A stretch of DNA of 64,000 nucleotides from Planctomycetota bacterium (GTDB lineage: Bacteria; Planctomycetota; JAJSAM01; JAJVHW01), in contig CBDFJG010000003.1 of assembly GCA_965248445.1 (NCBI GenBank), positions 832,001 through 896,000 on the forward strand. Reading direction: 5' to 3'. The notes below the pieces were generated by a model, which saw only the letters and a list, made by a program, of their open reading frames with translations, made no database searches and had not been told where the DNA came from. Below are positions 1-10,421 of this stretch, piece by piece. The first letter of the stretch is position 1; the number at the start of each line of letters is the position of its first letter. A program made the translations under genes and the position numbers.

Positions 1-47
1 CCCATTGGTCGTCACCCGACGGCCTGACCCAGGTGCGCGCGCCCGGA

Positions 48-944
48 TCAGGTGCCGTCGCCGACGGGCGCCAGTTCGCGGAGCGTTCCGAGGATGGACG
101 GGACGTCGCGGTGGGTTCGGTCGAACTCGAGCACCTTCACGGTGAGGAGTCCGAACGGCGCTTCCGGGCAGCACTTCTCGAGGACGTGGGACAATCGGTG
201 GCCCACGGCCCAAGCAGCGCCGGGATGCGTGCGCGGCATCACCAGCGCGATGTGGCTCGGTCCGATGGAGAAGACGGCGTCGGTCGCGCGCACGACCTGC
301 GGAGCGATGTTCGCCACGCACTCGGCCAAGAGACCCGCCGACGTGCCCTCCCCGCCCGAGCTGAACAGTGAGACGACGCTGAGATGACTCGCGTCCCGGC
401 CGGCGAGATTCAGCTCGGTCCGTAGGGCTGACTCGAACGCGTTCAGTCCACGCACGCGTACTCGTTCCGCCGGCGGGCGCGCCGAACCGGTACCGAGCGG
501 CCGCAACTCCTGAGAGCGAAAGTGCTCCTCGATCCGGGCCAGCAACGACCCGACGTCGGGGACGCCGACGTCAACCGGGATCACGTCGATCTTGCACGGT
601 CCGATCTCCGCGACCGGGCGGTGGTTCGCGCGCTGCTCGAGCCGGTGGCGCACCACGTGGCCGACCTCTGTACCAGTGGCGGGGAGAACCGCGATGTAGC
701 AGCCGCGCAGGCCGTAGTGGTACACGCCGTCCGAGATCCGCACCGACCTCGCGAAGTGGTCCGACACCTGTCGATCGAGCCGCTGCTGCGCGCCCTCCGC
801 CTCGCCGTCCCAGACGATGAAGTGCAGCGCGATCACGCAGAGCGGCAGCCCGTGCCGCGCCCCGCGCTCGTACTCGTAGCGCAGCCGCTCGCTCAGCTCA
901 TCCGGTGAGAGGATCTCCCGCCGGGGTCGTTCCGTGTCCGTCAT
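48..944 (-). CDS. Tandem degenerate GGDEF-domain protein (probably catalytically inactive, candidate c-di-GMP binder)
   Basis: Two GGDEF-like units (ERLRYEYERGARHGLPLCVIAL...RISDGVYHYGLRGCYIAVLP and ESALRTELNLAGRDASHLSVVSL...RATDAVFSIGPSHIALVMP). GG(D/E)EF is lost and RxxD is kept in both. Confidence 0.7.
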   Translation of the reverse strand: MTDTERPRREILSPDELSERLRYEYERGARHGLPLCVIALHFIVWDGEAEGAQQRLDRQVSDHFARSVRISDGVYHYGLRGCYIAVLPATGTEVGHVVRHRLEQRANHRPVAEIGPCKIDVIPVDVGVPDVGSLLARIEEHFRSQELRPLGTGSARPPAERVRVRGLNAFESALRTELNLAGRDASHLSVVSLFSSGGEGTSAGLLAECVANIAPQVVRATDAVFSIGPSHIALVMPRTHPGAAWAVGHRLSHVLEKCCPEAPFGLLTVKVLEFDRTHRDVPSILGTLRELAPVGDGT

Positions 945-1027
945 CCGTCGCCCGCTCCAGGGGGCCAGCGGTTCGAATATCGACGGTCAGCGGCGTTTCT
1001 GAACCCCCCTGAGCCGCACAGGCTCGC

Positions 1028-4000
1028 CTAGGCGTCGTCCTCGGGCTTCTTCTTCCGCGGGCGGCGGAAGCGTTCGAGGGCCTGGCTGATCGCGCCGACG
1101 CGCTCCCACACCGCCTTGCTGACGGTCAGGTTGTGGTTCAGGGAGCGGAGCACCGGGAGAAGGCCGACCTCGATGACCTCGGCCTGGCGGGCGGCGAGGT
1201 ACTTGAAGTCGGGATCAGCGCCTGCCGGAGCAGCGGCGTCGCTCTGTGCACGCGCTGGCGAGGCTGACTCGGCGGCGCGGGACTCGGCGAGCGCGGCGAG
1301 GTTGTCCTCGAGGCGCGTCAGGTACGGCGCGAGTGCCTGGGCGAGGCCGGCGCCCGCGTCCCCGTTGCTGTCGGCTGCGACGAGCGCCTCGCGCAGCGCC
1401 TCGCGCTCGCGATCCTGATGATCGTCGCGGGCGGCTTGCGCCTCGATCACATGCGTCTCGTGCTCGGCGGTGAGCGTGGTCGCCGTGCGCAACGCGTCGC
1501 CGATCCCCCCCATCCGCTCGGAGATGTCCATGAGCTGCGCGGTGACGCGCATGACCGGATCGTCCTCGTCGCCGCCCATCATCTGGCGGCGGCGGAACGC
1601 GTCCCGGATCTCGGTCCAACGGGCGGACTGCTCGTCCGTCATTCGCTCCCGCAGCTCTGCGAACTTGAGGAGGTTGTGCTCGGCGCCGCTGGTCAGCGTC
1701 TGCGACTCGCCCAGGTAGTGGTCCTCGATCAGCACCTCGAGTTCGTCGTCGTTCATGACGGCGACGATCTTCTCGGCCAGCTTGTTCATGTTGCGGTAGC
1801 TGCCCTGCAGCTGGAACCGGGGCTCCGTGCGGAACGCGTCGTCGGTGGACGCGGATCGGATGTACTCGCGGTTCACCGCGAGTAGGACCTCCTGCACGCG
1901 CAGGACCTTGCCGAGCACGCTCACGATCTCGTCCAGCTCGACCTGCGAGAAGTCGGCCGAGAGCTCCGAGGTCTGGACCTGCTCCCCGCGCGCCATCCGC
2001 ACGAGAGGGTGGATGTCCTTGTGGCCGCGGTTCGCAACCGTCTGCAAGACGGCGTTCGACGTGAGCGCGTTCTCGATGTACGACATCGCGAACAGCTCGT
2101 CCTTGCCGGAGAGCACGTCGCCCAGGTTGTAGACGTCGGCGCGGTTCGCCAGCATGTCCGGCACCTGGAACCGCTCGCCGGACTCCGTGTAGGGATTGCC
2201 GGCCATGCAAACGACGAACTTCTTGCCGCGCAGATCGTACGTCCGCGTGCGTCCGTTCCACACGCCCTCGACCCTGCGCGTGGCGTCGCAGAGCGAGATG
2301 AACTTCTGCAGGAACTCCGAGTGCGTGTGCTGGATGTCGTCGATGTAGAGCAGCACGTTGTTGCCCATCTCGAACGCGAGGTTGACCTTGTCGATCTCCT
2401 GGCGCGCGGTGGCGTTCGGCGCCTCGTCCGGATCGAGCGAGCGCACGTCGTGACCGAGTGCCGGGCCGTTGATCTTCATGAAGACGAGACCCAGGCGGTT
2501 GGCGATGTACTCCATGAGAGTCGTCTTGCCATAGCCCGGAGGTGATATCAGCATCAGCAGGCCCATCAGGTCCGTGCGCTTCGCGGCGCCGCGTGCGCCC
2601 AGCTGCTTCGCCAGGTTGTCGCCGATCACCGGCAGGTAGACCTCGTCGATGAGCCGGTTGCGTACGAACGCGCTCATCACACGCGGCAGGTACTCCTCGA
2701 TGCGCAGCCTGTTCCGCTCTCGCTCGAGCAGGTCGTGCCGCATCTGCTGGTACGTCCTGAACCCCGGCACCCGCTCGTGCGCGAAGCGCGCGAGGCGCGC
2801 CAGGTACTCGTCGAGCCGCAGTTCCATCTTGCGGCCGGAGATCCGCCCGTGCTGGCCCAGCAGTCCGTCGATCTCGACGGTGGCCGCCGCGCTTGTGATG
2901 TCGCGACGCAGTTGCTCCGCGGTCAGGAGCAAGACAACGGCCTCGGGAACGAGGTGCGCGATCGCTGCGCCGTCGTCGCGGGTCGCAAGCCAGGCGGTCA
3001 GCCATGCGTCGGCGACGGCGTACTGCTCGCCCACGGCGCCGCCCAGCGCGCCGAGGTCCTGCTCCAGAGCGCGCAGCTGCTTGCGGCGCTTCAGGTCCTT
3101 CTTGAATGCGTCGGAGAGCGCGACTGACTCGCTGCTCGCGATGAAGCGGCCCGGGTCTCCGCCGAGCTCCTCGAAGAGGTAGCGCCCCGCGAGTCGCGCG
3201 TCACCGTCGGTGAGCGGCAAGCCGTGCACGTCATGGAAGGTGCGAATGCGATTCGTCAGATCCTCCTCGAGAGCGTCCACGGCGCCCGCGCGGTGCAGAG
3301 CCTCGCTCAGGCGGAACAGGCTGCTCGCCCGGCGGGTCAGCCGATCTCGGGCGTCGACATCGTCGAAGCGCGCCCAGAAGAGGCAGGCCGCGGCGCGCGC
3401 CGCCGGCGCAAAGCGCAGCATTCCCGCAGTCTGGTAGACACCGAAGACCGCCTTGAGAACGAGCGTCGCATCGGCGTCGTGTACCCCGCGTTCGTAGCCC
3501 TCGTCGTAGCGCTCGGCGGAGAACTCACGCACGAGTGCGAGCAGCGCATCGGCATCCAGCGCCGCCTCGGCCAGCCGCGATGCGGAGAGGCCGCCTTCGT
3601 TCCGCTCCGCGGCCCGCAGCATGCAGTACGCCAGATACTCGCCGCGGTAGACGTCGGAGGTCTCGGAGACGACGGCCTGCTCCCAGTACTCGCGCGTGGC
3701 ATCGAACGCCTCGTCGCGCACCGCCTCGCGGAAGTCCGTACCGCTGAGGTGCACTGCGAGCCCTTCGTCGTGCGGGACCAGCGTGAGATCCAGCGGCTGT
3801 GTGTTCACGCTGAAGCGGTGCTTGCCGAGGCGGATGACCGTCGCGCCGTCCTCGAAGATGTCGATGCGGTCGCGCATCGCCCGGACGGCGTCCTCGCGCG
3901 TCGACTTCAGCCGCGACTCGACTTCGTCGGCGCGGACGGAGTCGTCGAGGCCGCTCAGCTGCTCGGCCAGGTCACGCACCTTGAGGACCATCGCGTCGGA

Positions 4001-6421
4001 CGCGAAGTACGCGTGCAGCTCATCGAGGGTCTGCATCCCGGCGGCGCGGCGCGTCACGCCGGAGAGGATGCGATCGACTGCGCGCATCATCCCGATCGCC
4101 CGCCGCTGGCGCTGGTCGAGCAGGCGCTGCTTCTTGCCCTCGAGGGCCTCGTAGATCTCCTCGCGCTTCGTGGTGAGCTGTTCCACGAAGTCCTCGAGCT
4201 CACCGAAGCGGCCCTCGAGCTCTTCGACGTGGAGCATCAGCTTGGAGAGTTGCTCGTCACACCGCTCGGGGGTGTCCGCGAGCGCGACGGCCCCGGAAAC
4301 GGACTGCGAGAGGAGTGCATACTGCGCGGCGAACTCAGCGACGCCCTCCTTCGACATCAGCTCCTTGCGACGGGCTGCGACGAGCGCGCGGGTCCGGTTG
4401 AGCCCCCCCATCACCTCGCTGATCCGTTCGAGGATCCCCGTGCGGATCGTGGCGTCGTCGATCTTCAAGCTGCCCACGACGTCGGTGAGGAGCTCGAGCC
4501 CGTCGCCAATCGCCGTCAGATTCTCCGAGAGCGGCTTGGCGTCCGCGGTCTTCGCGACCGCCTGGATCGACGACTCCACCGCGGCGACGCGGTCGTGGTA
4601 CGGCGCCAGCGCGCCGGCTCCCTGCAGGAACTCGACCGTGCGCTCAGAAACGCGATCGCGGTGCCCGACGACCGTCTCTTCTAGCGCGGTGATCCGCTCG
4701 CCGTCCGCGTAACGCATCTCACGGAGCGACACGAGGCGCCCCCGCTCGGTACGGAGGCCCGCCAGCGCGCCCACGAAGTCGTCGACGCTCTTCCAGTGGT
4801 CCGGGCGCAGTGTGGCTACCAGTTGCCTGACCCCGGCATCCGCTTCGGCGACCGCTCTCCGCGCCTGTGCGCGCAGCTCCTGCACCTTCTCGAACTCGTC
4901 GATGATCAGCTCGGATGCCGCTAGCACTTCCTGCAGCGTGCTCAGCAGGTCGCCGACCTCTGCGTCGCCGAGCCAGTGGTACGTGTCGATGACCTTCGAC
5001 GTGACACCGATCAGCTCCTCGTACATCTCGCGGCTCGGCGTCTGCTCGTCAGTCATGCGCCGGATCGAAAGCGCATCGCTGATGCCGCGCACGAGGTCTG
5101 CGTTCCCGAGGCGCTCGAGGTGCGAGTCGCCGGCCGGCGCGGCGGCGTGGAAGACATCGCTGGTGAACGGCGTCTGCCAGATCTGCATTGCGTGCACGCG
5201 TGTCGGTTCGTCGCCGGCGCTACGGAAGACGATCATCTTGCCGTCGTCGAACACGCTCTGCCCGTGGCCGCGGATCGGGGTCTCGACCTCTTTGCGGATC
5301 AGGTTGTAGGGCAGCAGCACGTACTCGCCCTCGACCTGGCGGTGGAAGATGTACAGGACGTCCTCGCCGTTCGGTGAGCGGATGGCGCGCTCGAACTGCA
5401 TGCTCTGCACGTCGGCGGCGAACGTGCGTGTCTCGCCGCGGCGCAGGTAGTAACCGCCGGGGTAGATGATCCCGTGATCCTCGGGCAACTGCACGCAGGC
5501 GTGCCCGATCTGGTCGATCCGCTCGACCTTCTTCGTGATCGTGTTGAAGACGAGATACCGCCACGTCTCTTCACGGAACGGCAGGACCTTGATCAGGATC
5601 AGGGAGCCGAGCTTCGCGTAGTGGACCGACGCGTCGTCGAGCGCCTGAGTCCCGTCCAGCACCGGCTCGCGGTACACGCCCAGTCCGTCGAGCGTGTTGT
5701 CCTCGACCTTCACGGTCAGGTCGCCGCCGACCGTCTCGACGAAGACCTCATCCAGGATCGAGACGTGCGGGTGCTCTCCGGACACGTGGTCGTCGCGCGT
5801 CGTCTCGATCCACTCGAAGTCGTGCGTCGCCGGGAAGACGTGGTCGCGGTCGCCCTGGTTGTCGAGGTATGTGAGAGTGCCGTCGGCGTCGATGGACCAG
5901 CGGAACGCCTTGAGATCGACCAGTGTCCGTCCGACCTGGAACACGGCCAGCAGCCTGCCGTTCACTCGGCGCAGCGAGAGCAGCCGCGTGTCCTTGTAGT
6001 AGTCGTAGAGCTCGCGGAAGTCCTTGCGGAATCTCGGGTCCGCCAGGAAGTCGGCGGGATCACCCGCGGGCACCTCGACCAGGCCGAGGCGATCGCCGTC
6101 GCGGGAGAGGCGGCGCAGTGTGAACACGTCCTCGAGGCGCGTCTCGCGGCGCAGCCCGATGAACACGTTGTATCCGAAGACCAGCAGGTCCCCGACTGCG
6201 ACGATGTCGCGCGCGATGCAGTTGTTCTCGGTCCGGATTCGTTCGCTGCCGACGACCTCGAGGCGCGCCCCGCCGAACAGCGCGACGCGCGCGGCGTTCA
6301 GCGCCTCGGCCTTCCGCGACAGCTCCCGGCCGTGGCCGAGGAGCCGGTCGCGGATGACCTCGTACGCACCCTGTTCGATCCCGGCAGGTTCCGGTTCAGA
6401 GGGCGAGGCGGCGTCCGCCAT
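1028..6421 (-). CDS. Large P-loop/AAA ATPase of the 'DNA repair ATPase' (DUF3686-type) family
   Basis: 1797 aa; Walker A SPPGYGKTT, Walker B LLYIDD, MAGNPY sensor; long coiled-coil middle; directly downstream of a flotillin gene, as is usual for this family. Confidence 0.85.
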   Translation of the reverse strand: MADAASPSEPEPAGIEQGAYEVIRDRLLGHGRELSRKAEALNAARVALFGGARLEVVGSERIRTENNCIARDIVAVGDLLVFGYNVFIGLRRETRLEDVFTLRRLSRDGDRLGLVEVPAGDPADFLADPRFRKDFRELYDYYKDTRLLSLRRVNGRLLAVFQVGRTLVDLKAFRWSIDADGTLTYLDNQGDRDHVFPATHDFEWIETTRDDHVSGEHPHVSILDEVFVETVGGDLTVKVEDNTLDGLGVYREPVLDGTQALDDASVHYAKLGSLILIKVLPFREETWRYLVFNTITKKVERIDQIGHACVQLPEDHGIIYPGGYYLRRGETRTFAADVQSMQFERAIRSPNGEDVLYIFHRQVEGEYVLLPYNLIRKEVETPIRGHGQSVFDDGKMIVFRSAGDEPTRVHAMQIWQTPFTSDVFHAAAPAGDSHLERLGNADLVRGISDALSIRRMTDEQTPSREMYEELIGVTSKVIDTYHWLGDAEVGDLLSTLQEVLAASELIIDEFEKVQELRAQARRAVAEADAGVRQLVATLRPDHWKSVDDFVGALAGLRTERGRLVSLREMRYADGERITALEETVVGHRDRVSERTVEFLQGAGALAPYHDRVAAVESSIQAVAKTADAKPLSENLTAIGDGLELLTDVVGSLKIDDATIRTGILERISEVMGGLNRTRALVAARRKELMSKEGVAEFAAQYALLSQSVSGAVALADTPERCDEQLSKLMLHVEELEGRFGELEDFVEQLTTKREEIYEALEGKKQRLLDQRQRRAIGMMRAVDRILSGVTRRAAGMQTLDELHAYFASDAMVLKVRDLAEQLSGLDDSVRADEVESRLKSTREDAVRAMRDRIDIFEDGATVIRLGKHRFSVNTQPLDLTLVPHDEGLAVHLSGTDFREAVRDEAFDATREYWEQAVVSETSDVYRGEYLAYCMLRAAERNEGGLSASRLAEAALDADALLALVREFSAERYDEGYERGVHDADATLVLKAVFGVYQTAGMLRFAPAARAAACLFWARFDDVDARDRLTRRASSLFRLSEALHRAGAVDALEEDLTNRIRTFHDVHGLPLTDGDARLAGRYLFEELGGDPGRFIASSESVALSDAFKKDLKRRKQLRALEQDLGALGGAVGEQYAVADAWLTAWLATRDDGAAIAHLVPEAVVLLLTAEQLRRDITSAAATVEIDGLLGQHGRISGRKMELRLDEYLARLARFAHERVPGFRTYQQMRHDLLERERNRLRIEEYLPRVMSAFVRNRLIDEVYLPVIGDNLAKQLGARGAAKRTDLMGLLMLISPPGYGKTTLMEYIANRLGLVFMKINGPALGHDVRSLDPDEAPNATARQEIDKVNLAFEMGNNVLLYIDDIQHTHSEFLQKFISLCDATRRVEGVWNGRTRTYDLRGKKFVVCMAGNPYTESGERFQVPDMLANRADVYNLGDVLSGKDELFAMSYIENALTSNAVLQTVANRGHKDIHPLVRMARGEQVQTSELSADFSQVELDEIVSVLGKVLRVQEVLLAVNREYIRSASTDDAFRTEPRFQLQGSYRNMNKLAEKIVAVMNDDELEVLIEDHYLGESQTLTSGAEHNLLKFAELRERMTDEQSARWTEIRDAFRRRQMMGGDEDDPVMRVTAQLMDISERMGGIGDALRTATTLTAEHETHVIEAQAARDDHQDREREALREALVAADSNGDAGAGLAQALAPYLTRLEDNLAALAESRAAESASPARAQSDAAAPAGADPDFKYLAARQAEVIEVGLLPVLRSLNHNLTVSKAVWERVGAISQALERFRRPRKKKPEDDA

Positions 6422-6442
6422 CGGCGTTCTCCCGCTCCCCGC

Positions 6443-8431
6443 CTAGGACCCGCGTCCGTCGGTCAGTCCGAGCTCCTTCGCGCGTTCGACGAGCGCCCCG
6501 AGCTTCTCCCGTGTCCCCTTGTCCGCGCCGGCCATCATCTTGGTGATGAGCGCGGCGATGGACAGGTTGCGCAGGTCGCCCGAGGAGATCCCCGAGATCA
6601 GCCGCTGCGCGTCGTCGGGGAGGCTGCGCTTGCCGTCGATGTAGTCGCCGAGCAACGCACGCCCCGTGTCGCTGTTCTGCGCCATCTCGTCGAGCGCCTT
6701 GCCGCCGGACACGGCGCCGAGGATGCGGTCGAAAAACTGGCCCTCGCCGCCGATGATGTCGATGTCCGCGCTCTCGAACGCCTTGCCGAGCGTCTCGGCC
6801 TGCGCCTCGGCGATCTTGCGGTTCGCATCGATCGCGGCGATCTCGACGTCCTTCTCCTTCTCGAGCTGGATGCGGAACTCCTCGTGCTCGCGGCCCACGC
6901 CGTCGAGCTTCTTCATCGCGTCGGCCTTCTCGGTGAGACCCGCCGCTTCTGCGGTGAGCTTCGCCTCGATGGCGATGGCTTCTGCGCGACCGGTCTTCTC
7001 GGTGGCGACGGCGTCCGCCTCGCGCACCTCGACGATCGCCAGTCCGGACGCGGCCTCTTCGGCCCGCACGCCCTCGGCGAGGCGGATCTTCGCCTGCGCC
7101 TCCTTCTCGGAGGCCTGCAGTTCGGCGTCAGCCAGCACGATGCGCTTCGTCGCATCGTGCCGGGCGGCCTGCTCGCTGGCGTCGGCGGCCCGGACCTCCT
7201 GGACGAGTTTCTCCTGCGCCGCGGCCTGGGCGCCGATCACGACCGCTTCCTTCAGCCGCTTCGCCTCTTCGACGACCCGCACTTCCTTGATCGCCTCCTC
7301 CTCCACGGCGACGGCCCGTTCGACCTCGACGCGCTGGCGGATGACGTCCTGGATCTCCTTGCGCTCCACCTCGAGCGCCTTCTCCTTGAAGATCCGCTCG
7401 AGTTCAACCGCCTTCTCGCGGGAGATCGCCTCGAGGTCGCGGTCACGCTGCACCCGCTCGATCTCGATGCCGATCACGCGCTCGCGGTTCTTCTCGGCGA
7501 CCTCGATCTGCCGGTGCTTGTTCTGGTCCTGAACGCCGAGATCCTCGGCGGTCTTGATCTGCGCCGTCTCGGCCTTCAGATGCTCCTCGGCCTCCACGCG
7601 GGAGGTCTCCGCGGCCTCACGCGCCTGGACGGTCTTGATCTCGCGCTGCTGCTTGGCGAGCGCCTCCGCCTGGTTGCGTTCGAGCTCGTACACGGCTTCC
7701 GCGCGCTCGACGTCCTGCTTCTTGATCTGCTTGATCTCGTTGTTCGTGAACAGGTTCGTCGAGATGTGCTCGCGCGTGGTGAGGTCGGTGATCTTCCGGA
7801 TGCCCTCGGCATCGAGGATGTTGTCACGGTCGAGCATCTCCAGCGGGGTCTGCTCGAGGTAGTCGATCGCGGCGTCGTCGAGCACGTACCCGTTCAGGTC
7901 GCGTCCGATGATCTCGATGATCTGGTCGCGGAACTCGTCGCGCCGGGTGTAGAGATCCACGAACTGCAGTTGCTTGCCGACGGTCTTCAGTGCCTCGGAG
8001 AACTTCGCGATGAAGAGGTCTTCGAGAGTCTTCTGGTCCGAAGCACGCTTGCAACCGATCGACTGCGCGACCTTGAGGACGTCCTCGGTGGTCTTGTTGA
8101 CCCGCACGAAGAATGTGACCTTGATGTCAGCGCGGATGTTGTCCTCGCAGATCAGGCCTTCCTTGCCGCGACGGTCGAGTTCCATCGTCTTGACCGAGAT
8201 GTCCATGACCTCGGCACGGTGGAAGACGGGCAGCACGTAGCGCCCGGTGAACGTCACGTCCGGCTCTTGCTTCATCGTGTTCACGATGAGCGCCTTGCCC
8301 TGGTCCACCTTCCGGTAGATGCGGGTGAAGAACACCATGAAGGCGAGCAACAGGAAGAAGAAGCCGACGACGACCGCGCCGATCGTCATCAGAGTTCCCA
8401 TGTCAGCAGCCAGCAGGTTCAGGGTTTCCAT
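6443..8431 (-). CDS. SPFH/flotillin-family membrane protein (YqiK-like)
   Basis: N-terminal TM helix, Band-7 domain (GLICEDNIRADIKVTFFVRVN), long AE-rich coiled coil; AGAGGAA RBS upstream. Confidence 0.9.
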   Translation of the reverse strand: METLNLLAADMGTLMTIGAVVVGFFFLLLAFMVFFTRIYRKVDQGKALIVNTMKQEPDVTFTGRYVLPVFHRAEVMDISVKTMELDRRGKEGLICEDNIRADIKVTFFVRVNKTTEDVLKVAQSIGCKRASDQKTLEDLFIAKFSEALKTVGKQLQFVDLYTRRDEFRDQIIEIIGRDLNGYVLDDAAIDYLEQTPLEMLDRDNILDAEGIRKITDLTTREHISTNLFTNNEIKQIKKQDVERAEAVYELERNQAEALAKQQREIKTVQAREAAETSRVEAEEHLKAETAQIKTAEDLGVQDQNKHRQIEVAEKNRERVIGIEIERVQRDRDLEAISREKAVELERIFKEKALEVERKEIQDVIRQRVEVERAVAVEEEAIKEVRVVEEAKRLKEAVVIGAQAAAQEKLVQEVRAADASEQAARHDATKRIVLADAELQASEKEAQAKIRLAEGVRAEEAASGLAIVEVREADAVATEKTGRAEAIAIEAKLTAEAAGLTEKADAMKKLDGVGREHEEFRIQLEKEKDVEIAAIDANRKIAEAQAETLGKAFESADIDIIGGEGQFFDRILGAVSGGKALDEMAQNSDTGRALLGDYIDGKRSLPDDAQRLISGISSGDLRNLSIAALITKMMAGADKGTREKLGALVERAKELGLTDGRGS

Positions 8432-8463
8432 GTTCCTCTTTCTCCTCGGGACCGGTCAGGTCC

Positions 8464-9177
8464 CTAGACGTCCTCTCCGAGCTCTTCAGCCGGCGCGATG
8501 TGAAATACCTCGTCGTCCGCGTCGTAGTCGCTGACGACGGCAGTCGATCCCCGTGCCAGATCGTTCTTCCGGGAACAGCGCACCTGCACGAGGTGAGGTG
8601 CGCCACCCGTGCCGACTTCGGCCTGGCCGAAGGTGGCGGTGACTCGTTGTGTGGTGATCGTGCACATGCGCCCGATCAGCTCCCGGCGGCGTTCCGCCAG
8701 GTGCGGTGTGAACAGCTTGCGCAGGGGGCGCACACACACGGCCGCCGGAGGGACGGCGAGCGCAAGCGCGCCGACGCCGACCGCGATGGCGACCGGGATC
8801 TGCAGGCCCGTGCCGACTCGCGGCAGGATCCAGCCGCTGCTGAGCGCCGAGAACCCCCAGCTGAACAGCACCAGCAGACTGAACGCAATCGAGACCGGCA
8901 CTCCCGCGAGGCCGAGCGCGCTGAGCATCCCGCCGTGATGGCCGCCGCCGTCGTGATCGTGGTCCAAGTCTGCGTCGGCGTCGATGTCCACGTCGATGTG
9001 GCCGTGGCCGTGCGGGATGTGCGCGCCGTCCACGTCCAAGTCCAGGTCCACGTCGTGGTGGCTGAAGATGTCGACGGCGCCCAGGAAGCCAAGGCACCAG
9101 TACAGGATCACGATGCCGAGCAGGACCGTGTAGACCACCGTCGGGATGGTCGTGATCGTGTCGAGAAAGGTGCCCAT
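8464..9177 (-). CDS. YqiJ/DUF1449 (NfeD-like) membrane protein with C-terminal OB fold
   Basis: Three hydrophobic segments, His/Asp-rich loop, C-terminal LIGRMCTITT...FGQAEV...VQVRC; first gene before the flotillin. Confidence 0.8.
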   Translation of the reverse strand: MGTFLDTITTIPTVVYTVLLGIVILYWCLGFLGAVDIFSHHDVDLDLDVDGAHIPHGHGHIDVDIDADADLDHDHDGGGHHGGMLSALGLAGVPVSIAFSLLVLFSWGFSALSSGWILPRVGTGLQIPVAIAVGVGALALAVPPAAVCVRPLRKLFTPHLAERRRELIGRMCTITTQRVTATFGQAEVGTGGAPHLVQVRCSRKNDLARGSTAVVSDYDADDEVFHIAPAEELGEDV

Positions 9178-9488
9178 CTTCCCGCCGCTTCGTAGCCGAA
9201 CGGATCGCCCCGAGCACTGCGTCTGCAGCGTGAGAACGACCCCACCTCATCGGGCAGGCGCACGTGTGTCGCGCAACCTCCCGTCCCGGTGTTCAGCCTA
9301 CCAAGCAGCCTCCTCCCAGGTCGCGCCCCGTCTCCTGCACACTGCAGGTGCGTCGCAACCTCTCTACTCGCTGTAACCGCGCCCATATGCCCGGGTTCGG
9401 CGCGCTGCCGGCGAATCCGGGCCCGCCGCCGGGAGGAGCCTGGGCGGCGCGTGGCGTGTCGACGAATGCGACGGTTGCGCCCGCGCCG

Positions 9489-10421
9489 CTAGAAGCGGTG
9501 CACGACGACGAAGCTCCAGAAGAACTTCTCGTCACCGTCGCGTGTCTCGCCGAACGAGACGGCGATCAGGGTCAGCCCGGCGTTCGTGGAGCCCGCGACG
9601 GCGAACCCGCCGTTGAACTTGAACGCGCCCTTGAAGCTGCTGTTCTCAATCCGCATCTCGTCGTACATCGGACCGGTGTGCACCCGCAGGCCCTTCTCGA
9701 AGTGCGACGTCATGACGTCGATGTCGTCCTCGCCGTCCACGGTCGTCACCCGCACCGCGGCCTGGAAGGTGCATCCCCGCACGGCCACCTCGTCCGCTCC
9801 GTCGCCGGTGTTCAGACTGATGGAAGCGAGGTGCGTGGCACCGTTCTGGGCCAACTCGACCCGGTCGTCGCCGGAACCCGTGCGGATCCGCGTGCGCGCA
9901 TCGAGCGTGGAGGCCGCGATGCGCACGCTGTCGCTGCCGTCGCGCGCGAGGATCGTGAGTCGGCTCCTGAAGCGGGTGGCAGCGTCCACGTCGATCTCGT
10001 CGTCGCCCACGCCGGCGTCGATGCGCACCCGCGAGCGGAACACGCAGGTGTACAGGGTCAACCGGTCGTCACCGGTACCGAGGTCGATCGTGACGCCACG
10101 CCGCACCCGGACCGCGCCGAGGGCGACCACGTCGTCTCCGTGGCCCGCATCGATCTGCAGCTTGCGCACGCGGGGGAGTTCGACCACCAGCTGGCCGTTC
10201 ACGGTCGTCTCGTTGCGGCCCGTGATGATCAGGGTTCCGCCGTCGCCACGCTCGAGCGCGACGTCGTTTGCGGAGTCGTCGCCGAGGATTCGCACGAGCC
10301 CGCGGTCGCCGGCCTCGACCTGCACGTCGCCTCCGGCGAACGCGGGCGCAGCGAGGGCTAGAACGGTGGCGGGCAGAAGGGCGGCGAGCAGGTGGCGGCC
10401 GAAGAGTCTGACGGGGCGCAT
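9489..10421 (-). CDS. Secreted beta-solenoid repeat protein (GxGDD repeats)
   Basis: Signal peptide ending AFA; about eight ~22-aa repeats (IDAGHGDDVV, IDLGTGDDRL, IDAGVGDDEI, IRTGSGDDRV, LNTGDGADEV). Confidence 0.75.
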   Translation of the reverse strand: MRPVRLFGRHLLAALLPATVLALAAPAFAGGDVQVEAGDRGLVRILGDDSANDVALERGDGGTLIITGRNETTVNGQLVVELPRVRKLQIDAGHGDDVVALGAVRVRRGVTIDLGTGDDRLTLYTCVFRSRVRIDAGVGDDEIDVDAATRFRSRLTILARDGSDSVRIAASTLDARTRIRTGSGDDRVELAQNGATHLASISLNTGDGADEVAVRGCTFQAAVRVTTVDGEDDIDVMTSHFEKGLRVHTGPMYDEMRIENSSFKGAFKFNGGFAVAGSTNAGLTLIAVSFGETRDGDEKFFWSFVVVHRF

